20,734 nucleotides of DNA, from NCBI GenBank assembly GCA_044376115.1, contig JBILLK010000053.1, positions 1 through 20,734 on the forward strand. The letters are read 5' to 3'. Positions 1 to 9,242 of the stretch are shown here, one piece after another; positions within the stretch are counted from its first letter, which is position 1; the number at the start of each line of letters is the position of its first letter. Under the pieces are notes generated by a model. The model had not been told where the DNA came from. It saw only the letters and a program-made list of their open reading frames with translations, and ran no database searches. This DNA is from Polyangiaceae bacterium. Its GTDB lineage: Bacteria; Myxococcota_A; Polyangia; Polyangiales; Polyangiaceae. A program made the position numbers and the translations under genes.

Positions 1-1
1 C

Positions 2-79
2 AACCCTACCCGCAGACACTCGACCCTTGGCTACGTAAGTCCTCTACGATACGAGCAGCAGGTGATACTCGCGGCGTGA
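2..79 (+). CDS. IS3-family transposase, partial (C-terminal 25 aa; starts before the window)
   Basis: Manual translation gives NPTRRHSTLGYVSPLRYEQQVILAA, with TGA at 77-79. Confidence 0.85.
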   Translation, partial: NPTRRHSTLGYVSPLRYEQQVILAA

Positions 80-89
80 ACTTCCTAAT

Positions 90-118
90 CAACTGTCCGC
101 TAGAGCGTGCCCACTTCA
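90..118. repeat. Putative right terminal inverted repeat of the IS3 element
   Basis: CAACTGTCCGCTAGAGCGTGCCCACTTCA lies just after the transposase stop and ends in CA. The partner IR is outside the window. Confidence 0.7.
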
Positions 119-141
119 AGGTCGATGGCGGGTTGGTTCAT
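119..141 (-). pseudogene. Putative 5' stub (MNQPAID...) of a sigma54-dependent gene interrupted by the IS3 element
   Basis: ATG at 141-139 sits at the predicted +1 of the sigma54 promoter, and the frame runs into the IS end after 7 codons. Confidence 0.45.
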
Positions 142-152
142 GCACCCGCTAC

Positions 153-168
153 AGCAGCGTGCGTGCCT
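153..168 (-). promoter_or_regulatory. sigma54 (-24/-12) promoter
   Basis: Minus strand AGGCAC-GCACG-CTGCT versus consensus TGGCAC-N5-TTGCW. The GG-N10-GC spacing is exact, and the site lies directly downstream of a sigma54 activator gene. Confidence 0.65.
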
Positions 169-220
169 GCTCGCGACTGACACTATTCCCGGGTATTAGG
201 GCCAAACTTCGACCCGTTTA

Positions 221-266
221 GTGATCGCGATCACCCATGTGATCGATCGATCCGCTCAGCGATCAC
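221..266. promoter_or_regulatory. Putative enhancer (EBP-binding sites)
   Basis: Perfect palindrome GTGATCGCGATCAC at 221-234, with related GTGATCGATCGATC (239-252) and GCGATCAC (259-266). These lie about 80-125 bp upstream of the predicted sigma54 +1. Confidence 0.5.
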
Positions 267-1524
267 CCTTCTTCAGCAGGCGGAGGAGCTTGCCTCGGGC
301 GATCCCGAGCGACCTTGCCGCAGCGGCCTGATTGCCCTGGGCTGCCTCCAGGGCGCGTTCAGCGGACTCGCGCGTAAGCGCTGGTGCCACCCGAGCGGAT
401 GAGGCGCGACCGAGGATCCGATCGACGGCAGCCAGCGTGATAGGTCCGGTCGGATCGAGCTCCGCGAGCACACGGTCGAGGCCCCGCACGTTGGTGTGCC
501 AATCATGGAGCAGCAGGCGCTCAATGGCCTCGATCTCCATGCGGTTTGGATCGATTTCGCGGCGGCGCCCCTGCGCGAGCTTCTCGAGCACCGGATAGAT
601 ATCCTCGGGGCGGTCGCGCAATGGGGGCAGCTCCACACGGCGATCAAAGCGCGCGAGGAGATCGCGGCGGAACTGGCCGGACTCGACCATGCCGTCGAGA
701 TCGCGATGGGTGGCCGCAATGATGGCGACATCCACGGGCTCGGCGCGCGCAGCCCCGATCGGCTGCACCTCGCGGTTGTCGAGCAGGCGCAGGAGTTTGG
801 GTTGGAGCGCGAGCGGAAGATCCCCGATCTCGTCCAAAAAGACCGCGCCGCGTTGGTGCGCCGCGAACACCCCAGGGCCGCTCTCGGTTGCGCCTGAGAA
901 AGCGCCTTTCTTCCAACCGAACAGCTGAGCCTCAAACACGCCTTCGCTGATCGCGGCCATGTTCACCGTGCCGTAGCGCTCATGACGGCGCAGCGCGAGC
1001 GCAGCTGCGCGGGCAACAAGCTCCTTGCCGGTGCCCGTCTCGCCTTGAATGACCACGTTGCGCGCTCCCGACGCGTGGAGCGAGCCAAGCCATTTCCGAA
1101 CCGCACCGAGGCCCCACGGTCCCACCAAGTTCCCAAGCGGCGGCGCCGGCTCGGTCTTCTGCACCGCTTCGCGGTACACGAGCAACGTACGCCCCAGCCG
1201 TATCAACGCTCCATCGTGGAGGTTGACGGTCTCCCGCGAACCGAGCCGTTCGCCGTCCAGAAAGGTCCCATTGCGCGAGCCCTCGTCAATCAGCGCGAAG
1301 TGGCTCCCTGCGCGAACGAAGCACGCGTGTTGCGTCGACACCTCCGAGTCCGCAAGCCCGTGCGCAGCGAGCCACGCCCGACCGACCGGCTCGCCGATCG
1401 GCGGCAGCGGCAGATAGACGCTCCTCGGAAACGCGACCAGGAGGCCCCGGGGCGCAGGCCGTTGACTCTCCACCACCGGAGCCTGGTGAACCAGCGTGGT
1501 GGTCGGATCATCGCGTCGCGCCAT
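256..1524 (-). CDS. FHA-domain sigma54-dependent enhancer-binding protein (FHA + AAA+ + Fis-type HTH)
   Basis: FHA motifs (VGR...EVSTQHA...GSRNGTF), Walker A GETGTGKE, GAFSGA loop, Walker B FLDEIGD, FRRDLLAR, and C-terminal GNQAAAARSLGIARGKL. The start is placed at ATG 1524 (MARRDD); the ORF is open to 1623. Confidence 0.93.
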   Translation of the reverse strand: MARRDDPTTTLVHQAPVVESQRPAPRGLLVAFPRSVYLPLPPIGEPVGRAWLAAHGLADSEVSTQHACFVRAGSHFALIDEGSRNGTFLDGERLGSRETVNLHDGALIRLGRTLLVYREAVQKTEPAPPLGNLVGPWGLGAVRKWLGSLHASGARNVVIQGETGTGKELVARAAALALRRHERYGTVNMAAISEGVFEAQLFGWKKGAFSGATESGPGVFAAHQRGAVFLDEIGDLPLALQPKLLRLLDNREVQPIGAARAEPVDVAIIAATHRDLDGMVESGQFRRDLLARFDRRVELPPLRDRPEDIYPVLEKLAQGRRREIDPNRMEIEAIERLLLHDWHTNVRGLDRVLAELDPTGPITLAAVDRILGRASSARVAPALTRESAERALEAAQGNQAAAARSLGIARGKLLRLLKKGDR

Positions 1525-2268
1525 CGTGGGATTGTGCAGGAGAGACTGCGCCGTCCCAAGAAGGAATCGCGGCGGGCCAAGTCGAAGGTTCGTCGGCGCG
1601 TTCGGCCAGTTTGCCGACGGCACAAGTCATTCTGTCTGCTGGATCCAAAAACTGGAGGAGACCAAACAAGTCAATGGCTGGCCTCCTTTGACCGCTAGCG
1701 CAGCTTGCGTAGCGGCGAACTATTGAACGCCTCTTCTAGCGCTTTTTTCTCTTGATCACTCATTGCGCCTCCTTTGATTCAGGTTATCGTCGGCGCGCCA
1801 CCGTGGCGCCCATCCGATATATATCGGCGCCGTTGGCTATTTCTTATTCCCCCGGCTGAAATCGACATCAGCCCGTCTATTTCGTCGTCGCATAGCAGCT
1901 GGCGCCAAGGAGCATCGTCTCGATGCGGTTTCCGGCAACGAACGCAGCGCGGCGCTCCCCAGAGATCGGGCGCACCGGGAGCTTCGTCAGCGCGTACTCT
2001 GGGCAGTAGGTTAGCGCCGGAAATGAGGAAGGCGAAGAGGCGGTCGCCATAGAGGACCTAGCCCCAGCCGACGCTGGCGCCCTCGCCGACCATGTACGGC
2101 ACCCGGTCGAGAGTCTCTCTCCCAGCAGGAACCGTGTCGATCTGCTCGCCGTTCTTGGCGAGCTTGCGGCCAACGATGACGCACTCCTCGCGAACCTACT
2201 GCGAATGCGGCGCGCGAGCATCGAAGGGCAGTGACGACGCCTGCAACGCGCTGCCAGGCAGTGCTGTC

Positions 2269-4413
2269 CTACACGTCAGCACGCTGCCGCGTGCCGGCCA
2301 GGTACTCCTTGAGCTCGGCCTTCATCGTCGCGGTTCGTGCCTCGACCACTACGCGAACGTCGGCGGCGCGCTTGCCGCACGGGTCGACGAGCGTCACGTC
2401 GACGCCGAGATCCTTGGTCCATCCATCCAACGTGAGCGTTCCGGTTTTGAACTCGTGAACGCGGGCAAGGAACGCCCCGAGCGGCTCCGCTCCCTTCGCG
2501 ATGTTGAAGGACTTCTCGAGCAAGCAGCAGTTGCCGAGGGCGTTCATCGTCGTCGAGAGGTCGTCTGCGCTGAGCGCGGTCTCGTCCTCCGCGCCCGGTT
2601 GCACTTGGGCGCCGGGCAACGTCTCCCATAGCTTCACTGCCACGACGTGGTCGACGTCGAGACTCAAGCTGCCGCGATTGGACTCGCGGAGCGGAAGCGC
2701 CGAGGCCTTCCAGCGCTCCGCATCGAGGCGATGCCAGAGCCACAGCGGAAGGTAGTAGTCGTGAACGCGATTACGCGTATGCGCGGCGAGGCCGTCGACG
2801 TACTTCGATGACTCGGCTTGCAGCGCCCCGATCCAGGTTTCCATGCGAGCCTTGAGAACCGCGACGACGGCATCGGGCGAGGCCAGTGTGGCGACCTTCG
2901 CCCAGTCTCCCGCGAGATCCTTCACGTAGTCGGCGAAGGCCTTGTCGGTGGACTTGCCCCACCGCCCTGACCATTGCGACATCAAGATCCAGCGGTCGCA
3001 GTTGTCCTTAAATGCGGTGTCGAGCGACTTCTCAAACCCATCGTGGACGGTAACAGCCAGTGGGTGCCCGGCGAGCCACTGCCTACCGAGCAGACGCCAT
3101 GCGAGAAGTAGCGTGAGCACGTTCAACGACCGGTAGTGGGCGCCGAAAAGGAAGCCTCGATCGCGCACAAGCTGTGCGCCTTCCATAGCGTTCGCGACGA
3201 TCGTATCCCAGCTCTTCACGAGGTCCTCCGCCATCGGACGCACCTTCTCGCCGCGGAGCAGGTCGTTTGCGGTGAGCAACGCGCCATTACGATGAAGCAC
3301 CGACCACATCGCGGACACCGTGCCGACGAGGTCATCGATGTCCATGCTCACTCCTGCTTCGGAGAGCGAGCCCTGCATGTCTTCGAAGCAGCGACCAGCC
3401 GTGCGGTTACCGGTCTTGCTTCCATCGCCCCAACCGTTCTTGATCCAGGCGAACGTGATCTCCTGGCGGGTGAGAGCCCGGCCCGCCGTATTGAGGCGGG
3501 TAAAGATGTTGACGATCGCGTCGTTGTAGACGTCCTGGCTCCCGCCCACATCCGCGTCGAACGGCGAGAGCTGGAGGAACGAAACTGTGGCCTGCTTGAC
3601 GTCGACGACCTTGATCAGCAGCTCGGCCAGCGCGTCCAAGACGCCGCTGACGACCTCCGGGGGTACGTCGTGGTCGTTCAGGACAGGCTCAAGCTTGGTG
3701 CGGAAGAACTTCTCGGAAGGCTTCTGCTGCGTCGGCGCCAACTCCCATAACCGGCTAAGGCGGACAAACCGGCCCTTGTTCTCCGCATCGAGCGAGCTGG
3801 TGATCGGGTACTTGTAGTTCGCTGGTCTTGGCCACGCTGAGCGTCCCTCGCTCGGGCTCTGCACGACCCACGCCAGCACGTCACGGAAGTCTACGTTCTC
3901 CACGTCACCCGCGGCCTTGAGCCGGTCGCGGAATGCATAGACGTCGAGACAAAGGTGCCCGAGGGACCAGTGACGCTTCGCATTCTTGCCCTTCGGGCGC
4001 TCGGCATCGAGGACGGTCGACCACTCCTGGTCGAGGAGACGAAACCCCCAACCGTCTCCACCGAACGCGATCAGCAGGCTCTGGAGGCGCTGCTGCCCGT
4101 CGAGGACCATGCGGAACTGCGCGGGAGGGTTGCTCTTGCCAACCTGCTGATCATCGAACTCGCCGGTGCGGTCCGCAACGCGCCAGAACGGACGAGAGGG
4201 AATACCGGCGAGTTTCTCCTTGTGGACGCTCCAGAGCAAGAGCGTGCCGAACGGCCACCCTCGTAGCAGCGAGTCGACGAGGAGCGTGACCTGACTTGGT
4301 GTCCATACGTAGGGGCGCTGCAGGTCCGGAACCAGTAGCGTCGCCCCCTGGTCGGAACTCGCTGCCTTCAGGATTTCGTGCAGCGCCTCGCCGCCTTCTG
4401 TGTAGATCTTCAT
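2269..4413 (-). CDS. DUF262 + DUF1524 (HNH) protein, GmrSD/SspE-like modification-dependent restriction or defence nuclease
   Basis: DUF262 motifs [27 protein letters not shown] and [10 protein letters not shown]-terminal DVDHVV...[12 protein letters not shown] is a His-Me finger. GAGGGG RBS-like sequence lies upstream of the ATG. Confidence 0.9.
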   Translation of the reverse strand: MKIYTEGGEALHEILKAASSDQGATLLVPDLQRPYVWTPSQVTLLVDSLLRGWPFGTLLLWSVHKEKLAGIPSRPFWRVADRTGEFDDQQVGKSNPPAQFRMVLDGQQRLQSLLIAFGGDGWGFRLLDQEWSTVLDAERPKGKNAKRHWSLGHLCLDVYAFRDRLKAAGDVENVDFRDVLAWVVQSPSEGRSAWPRPANYKYPITSSLDAENKGRFVRLSRLWELAPTQQKPSEKFFRTKLEPVLNDHDVPPEVVSGVLDALAELLIKVVDVKQATVSFLQLSPFDADVGGSQDVYNDAIVNIFTRLNTAGRALTRQEITFAWIKNGWGDGSKTGNRTAGRCFEDMQGSLSEAGVSMDIDDLVGTVSAMWSVLHRNGALLTANDLLRGEKVRPMAEDLVKSWDTIVANAMEGAQLVRDRGFLFGAHYRSLNVLTLLLAWRLLGRQWLAGHPLAVTVHDGFEKSLDTAFKDNCDRWILMSQWSGRWGKSTDKAFADYVKDLAGDWAKVATLASPDAVVAVLKARMETWIGALQAESSKYVDGLAAHTRNRVHDYYLPLWLWHRLDAERWKASALPLRESNRGSLSLDVDHVVAVKLWETLPGAQVQPGAEDETALSADDLSTTMNALGNCCLLEKSFNIAKGAEPLGAFLARVHEFKTGTLTLDGWTKDLGVDVTLVDPCGKRAADVRVVVEARTATMKAELKEYLAGTRQRADV

Positions 4414-4496
4414 GCTCGCCCCTCGGAAGGCGGATCATATCCCGAGGTTGTAGCGCGGGGAACGCCCGGTCCCGCAAGACCACGGGGGCCCGTCGC

Positions 4497-4816
<320 letters not shown>

Positions 4817-4901
4817 GCTCGAAGTACCTGAGGCATCCCGGGCGGATCGCGGTTCGAATCCCCTAGGCGCTTGACGGAGGCCAAGCGTACGCTCTCGCAA
4901 C

Positions 4902-5327
4902 ATGAAGAAGTCGCTTTACGCCCTTGCCAGCGCGTTCGTACTCTCGTTCTCCCAGGCGGCGCTCGCCGACATCGACGTGCGTAAGGGCGGCTCGAGCTGG
5001 GCCAAGATCGAGAACGACGGGACCGTGCGCATCAACGGTAGCTCGGTTGGCAAAATCGAGTCAGACGGCACCGTGCGCAAGAACGGCAGCAGCGTCGGCA
5101 AGGTAGACTCGGACGGCACCATCCGCAAAGACGGTAGCAGCGTCGGCAAGGTAGACTCGGACGGCACGCTGCGCAAGGGCGGCAGCTCGATCGGTAAGAT
5201 CGACTCAGACGGCACCATCCGCAAAGGCAGCTCGAGCTGGGGCTCCGCGTCGAACTGCTGCGGCGATCACGGCAGCAAGCGCGCAGTCGCGGCGCTAATC
5301 GCGTTCTTCTCCGGCGAGTTCTTCTAG
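4902..5327 (+). CDS. Secreted beta-repeat protein (six 16-aa repeats; resembles 5-fold beta-flower proteins)
   Basis: Signal peptide [22 protein letters not shown], then repeats of DGT[VIL]RKxGSS[VI]GK[IV][ED]S, a CC pair and a hydrophobic C-terminus. Codon bias is strongly GC3. Confidence 0.85.
   Translation: MKKSLYALASAFVLSFSQAALADIDVRKGGSSWAKIENDGTVRINGSSVGKIESDGTVRKNGSSVGKVDSDGTIRKDGSSVGKVDSDGTLRKGGSSIGKIDSDGTIRKGSSSWGSASNCCGDHGSKRAVAALIAFFSGEFF
4968..5255 (+). repeat. Intragenic 48-bp tandem repeat, 6 degenerate units
   Basis: Recurring GACGGCACC...CGCAAG...GGCAGCAGCGTCGGCAAGGTAGACTCG units. Confidence 0.85.
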
Positions 5328-5747
5328 AGGCCATACTTCGAGCCGTCTCGCTTGCCCTCGCGGGCGATTGCAGCGCACGGTACTGGACTACCGTACCCGT
5401 GTACGCGGAGGCCCGTCGCTGTCTCAAGGAGGCCCGGCATCAAGGGGCGATCGCGAGGGCGCTTGGAAAGAGCACGGCCTTCTCCAATCGCTCTGAGGCA
5501 AGGTCAAGCACGATCGGTCCGGTGGAGTTGGTGCGCCTCTGCGCCAGCTCCACGCCTCCGGGCTGGTCGACGCTGCCGAACGTGGGTAGCGGGACGGACC
5601 GATCGCTCGCTCCTCAAGCTCGCCCTATCGCGCGGATCGATCACTCGGCGTGGCTGAGCGTCACGCCGCTCATCACGCCCCGAGCAGCTTCTTGGCGCGA
5701 TGGTCAGGCGCCGCGCGCAGGCCATCCCGTCGGTGAGAGTCTTGGTG

Positions 5748-7715
5748 CTACTGGCCATCAGGCGAGTCGCCGCAGTTCAGCTGCTCAACGATATCAGGAC
5801 GGATGTGGCGATGGTCCAGACGAGTGGCCGACACAACCACCAGTTCTGTCGTCAGTCCTTCCATCCCTTCGAGCTTAACGACCTTGCCGTCGACCAGCGT
5901 GAACCTAAACCATTTCTCCGTGCCTACAGGTTGTTTTGAGTGTGCCCCCACGCCCGTAATATCCAGCCAAACGACCCCGCCATCCTTTTTGGTCTGCGTG
6001 ACGCTACTCACAATCCACTGATGGCCCTCCACGCCATGGGTACGTCGAAAGGACACGTAAACAACGTCTCCCACGGTGAGTGCCTTCGGCTCAACGTATG
6101 AGCCTTTGCCGGAGGCGACTATCGCACCCGGCGCACCTCTCCACCTCTCCTCCCCATTGACGATGTGGGTCCAATAGTCGTTCTGATCATAGTCATAGCT
6201 GAGGCTCTCTGGCCAGACAGCTAGCTTTGCTCCAAGACGGTCCTGGCGAACGTTAAGCACATGGCCCGCAGGGCTGCTGGCGTCGATGGGTCCAGAGACA
6301 GCGGCAATGTAGTCACTCACAAAGCTGGTGCAGTTCGCTTCTCCGGGCTTCGGCTCATTAGTTGTAAGTGTCTTTTTTCCCTGTTCGGTCAAGAATGACC
6401 GATACGCGCCCGATCTAAATATGCACTTTCCGATTCGCTCTGCCCGCTTGTTGTCGGTCTCAGCGGGTTTCGCTATCAGGACCTTTGGAAGCTCCCTCGA
6501 GCATACCGTCTGACCGCTGCGTGATACATGGCAGTTTGCTGTATCTGTCCTGCCTCCAGTGTCTGTGTAGTTGTACGGCGGCGGCTCCTCCGCTCTCTCA
6601 ACTTCGACTTCAACTTGAACGATTTCATAGCAGACGTTTATCGTGTCCTCGCTTTCCACCGCCACCCCTTGGCATTCCGGAGACGCACTGGTCGAATGAC
6701 TACATTCATAAAGTATTGAGTGATCGGTGCTCCCGACAGCCCTGCAGTCGTCTTCGCCTTGGATAGGGGACCGGATTGGCGACCTGGTTGCTCTTAGAAA
6801 CGGCGACGCATACAGTGGGTCCAGCACCAGAGTCTTGTCTTTTGCAAACAACCGCGGCGCTAGAGCGGTCGACAAGATACGGCCATCCGCCTGCGCTCTC
6901 GTGAAGCTGCTCGGTGTGCATGCTTGCGAAGCGGAATCGACCAATCTTGCCGGATCGAAAACATTCTGCACGGTACCGAATGCGTCTCCCTGGCCCTCGT
7001 GTGACATAAGAAAGCCCGCGTCGGTGAGCTCGCGAAGGCCGAGAAACCCACCAATGGCCCTTCCAATCCGCCGGGACAGGGACGCTACCGGCTCGAAGGC
7101 GGGCGAGACGACAATTGCTGCGTCATGCAAGTTGACGTTCTCTGGGTCATACATGGCCATTGAGGCCCACGCGGAATAGCTAGGGCCTGAGCCTTCGAGC
7201 GGTGGAGCAATGACTATGGTTGAGTATGCTGGGGTCGAAAACTGCCATTCATTTACGCGGCTCGGCCGATCGAGGACGAACATAATCGGCTGACCGGCGT
7301 ATAAGGTTTCTAAGCGTTCCTTCACCTCGCGCTTGTAGCGGTCGTTGCCGGCTCCGCGGCCCCATGACCCCGTCATGAGAGACTGCGCCGTACTCCCCTC
7401 GGCTCGAAGAAGGGCATGCGCTGCCCAGCTGACTCCAAACCGGCGAGCGTCTTCTTGAGAGGCTGAGGGCGGCTGCGGAATAGCCTGAATCTCGCCTCGT
7501 TCTGCGAACGACAAGTACACGACCATGTACTGTTGGAATCCTTCGCGAGCCATGTTGGGTCGCACGAAAGTGGTCGATCCGGGGAAGCCTGGCTGGAGCG
7601 ATCGTGCGCTTCTACACGCTGACTCCAAGGATCCGCGGCACGCTTGCAGGCACGAGGCGACGGCGAAAACTCCCATCAGCTTCGATATCGCTGAGCCCCA
7701 CCTAGGTCGTTCCAC
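5748..7715 (-). CDS. Putative lipoprotein, 655 aa: degenerate metzincin-like domain, Cys-rich linker, C-terminal NlpC/P60/CHAP-like domain
   Basis: Long ORF with GGAGG 7 nt before the GTG start, lipobox VASC (C22), RAIGGFLGLRE...FLM, and NCTSFV...GDVV...GHQWIV. GC is visibly lower than in the flanks. Domain calls are by motif resemblance only. Confidence 0.75.
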   Translation of the reverse strand: MERPRWGSAISKLMGVFAVASCLQACRGSLESACRSARSLQPGFPGSTTFVRPNMAREGFQQYMVVYLSFAERGEIQAIPQPPSASQEDARRFGVSWAAHALLRAEGSTAQSLMTGSWGRGAGNDRYKREVKERLETLYAGQPIMFVLDRPSRVNEWQFSTPAYSTIVIAPPLEGSGPSYSAWASMAMYDPENVNLHDAAIVVSPAFEPVASLSRRIGRAIGGFLGLRELTDAGFLMSHEGQGDAFGTVQNVFDPARLVDSASQACTPSSFTRAQADGRILSTALAPRLFAKDKTLVLDPLYASPFLRATRSPIRSPIQGEDDCRAVGSTDHSILYECSHSTSASPECQGVAVESEDTINVCYEIVQVEVEVERAEEPPPYNYTDTGGRTDTANCHVSRSGQTVCSRELPKVLIAKPAETDNKRAERIGKCIFRSGAYRSFLTEQGKKTLTTNEPKPGEANCTSFVSDYIAAVSGPIDASSPAGHVLNVRQDRLGAKLAVWPESLSYDYDQNDYWTHIVNGEERWRGAPGAIVASGKGSYVEPKALTVGDVVYVSFRRTHGVEGHQWIVSSVTQTKKDGGVVWLDITGVGAHSKQPVGTEKWFRFTLVDGKVVKLEGMEGLTTELVVVSATRLDHRHIRPDIVEQLNCGDSPDGQ

Positions 7716-7717
7716 TC

Positions 7718-8050
7718 TCAGGCCTCCAGTTCTTCGATCTTGGGTTCGGCAAGTCGCCTTTCGAAGCGGCGCGGCAGCGTCCCCGTCTGTGCCAACGTCA
7801 CGTGAGACATCCCTCTCTGGATAGCTCTGTACCGCTGCGCAGAGAATGGGTCTGCTGACTTGCCCAAGCCAACCCCAGTTCCTGGTCTGATCTGGTTGCC
7901 GAGGCCGCGGAGAAGCGTCGCGCCGTAAGCGGCGCCGCTGCCGGGCTCCAAGTTCAGCGCTTCAAGTGCGGCCACGATCGACTTCGGCACAGCCAAGGGT
8001 ATCCTCCTGAGTGGAGCCCCGAACGTACGCTTGTCGGGACGAGCCGTCAT
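7718..8050 (-). CDS. Small hypothetical protein (110 aa), possibly co-transcribed with the lipoprotein
   Basis: ATG at 8050 within ORF 7718..8791. The stop is 2 nt before the lipoprotein start, and its last codons contain that gene's RBS. Confidence 0.35.
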   Translation of the reverse strand: MTARPDKRTFGAPLRRIPLAVPKSIVAALEALNLEPGSGAAYGATLLRGLGNQIRPGTGVGLGKSADPFSAQRYRAIQRGMSHVTLAQTGTLPRRFERRLAEPKIEELEA

Positions 8051-8196
8051 GGCGCATTGCAAACGTTTGCTACGGGCATGCGACGCTACTCCAGAAACGA
8101 CGGAGCCGCGGTCACCCCTGTGAAGCGGATCGTCAACGTCGGCGCCGACCGCCAGTCGGTGAAGGTCGACGGCGCCGTCCTCGGCAGGACCCGTCA

Positions 8197-8667
8197 TCAC
8201 CGGTTCCAGGGCGCGGTGACCCCCAGCCGCGTTCTGTTCCAGTCGTCGTCCAAGCTTTTCAGAAGCAATAGATTGGGGGACGCTGAGGACTTCTGGGTCA
8301 GGAGCTGGACGCGTTCCCACTCTGCCGAGTAGAGCTTGAAGTCCCATTGCATGAACCTGCTCAAACAAGCGGAGCATTGGAACGGACGAGAGAAGGAGCA
8401 ATCGGGGGGCGTGTCGGGCTCGTTCTTGTACGCCAGCATGGCGGTATTGAACGCGTCCGTCAGTGCCTTGGCCGCGGCGCGCAAGCTTCCCTTTCCCGAG
8501 ACCGTCGACATCGGTCCCAGGAGGCGGCCGCGCGGGTCGGCCGAATGGCCGTCGAGGATCGGAATTCCGAGGCGATAGCGGAACTCCGCCCACTGGGCCT
8601 CGAGCGTCCGGTAGAGCACCGTTTCTTCGGGCCGGTCCGGGTGGCTCGGCGCGGCCACGTGCACCAT
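8197..8667 (-). pseudogene. Chimeric ORF whose first ~30 aa resemble the N-terminus of IS91-family (rolling-circle Y2) transposases
   Basis: RPEETVLYRTLEAQWAEF resembles the 'RxPExTVLYxxxxxxxxxF' start of IS91-type transposases. The remainder is unrelated and has no HUH motif. Confidence 0.45.
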
Positions 8668-9242
8668 CGCGATCGACGCGAGGGACGAGCGATCGAGCGT
8701 GCTCGCTCCGCGTCGAGCACTCGCTGCGCGACCGCGCGGGGCGTAGCGCGCGGTCAGCGGTGCGCTCCGATCCCTTGATCCGATCGGCCACTATCGCGCC
8801 TGAACGGGCCTTAGACGGACACCTGCAGCACTACGCGGCAGGTGGTCTCGGCCGCTCGACCTCGGCGTTGACAGTCCTTGTGCGTGGCTGACTGCCCGCC
8901 TGCACTACGCTGGAAAGGGGCCGGCAGCCTTCGCCCACGTGACCAAACTAGTTCTGGAGCGCGCCAAGCTACCCAAGCCGCCAACCGCAGCGCCGGCGCC
9001 GGTGAAGAAGGAGAGACGCTCGTGTCTCGCTTCGGTCTGGCCTCCTCTTTTCCGCGTTCGTTTCGGTGGTAACGGTCCCGGTGTGATTCGAGACGCGCGA
9101 TCGCCGATCCGAAATCAGTGGGCATGCCGAAGTCGATGGTTGCTTAGGACCTTGCCTGCGACAGCAAAGCGCCACCGCGAACGCGCTCACCCTTCCGCGC
9201 AGGCTATCCCCTGATGCTCCTGAATCGGGGTGAAGCCCTCCC

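Larger units (their letters stand above)
1..118 (+). mobile_element. Right end of an IS3-family insertion sequence (transposase OrfB C-terminus plus right inverted repeat)
   Basis: Frame from nt 2 reads NPTRRHSTLGYVSPLRYEQQVILAA*, the typical IS3-family OrfB C-terminal motif (NxxRxHSxLGYxSPxxYE). It is followed by an end finishing ...CCCACTTCA at 118, which on the reverse strand reads TGAAGTGGGCACGCTCTAGCGGACAGTTG, an IS3-like TG...CA terminus. Confidence 0.85.

Noticed and set aside
4851..4862. tRNA T-loop-like GGTTCGAATCCC near the truncation point of the tube pseudogene
   Set aside because: The T-stem does not pair beyond 2 bp, and there is no cloverleaf or CCA. It cannot be supported as a tRNA or att site.
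5330..5747. ORFs 5352..5657, 5399..5878, 5504..5758
   Set aside because: No recognisable motifs or RBS; typical spurious high-GC ORFs.
7718..8791. 357-aa ORF as a single gene
   Set aside because: The N-terminal two thirds is Arg/Pro-rich shadow-type sequence overlapping better fragments in other frames. Only the last 110 codons are tentatively kept.
8792..9242. Short ORFs between the IS91-like scar and the ATPase
   Set aside because: No motif or codon support; left unannotated.
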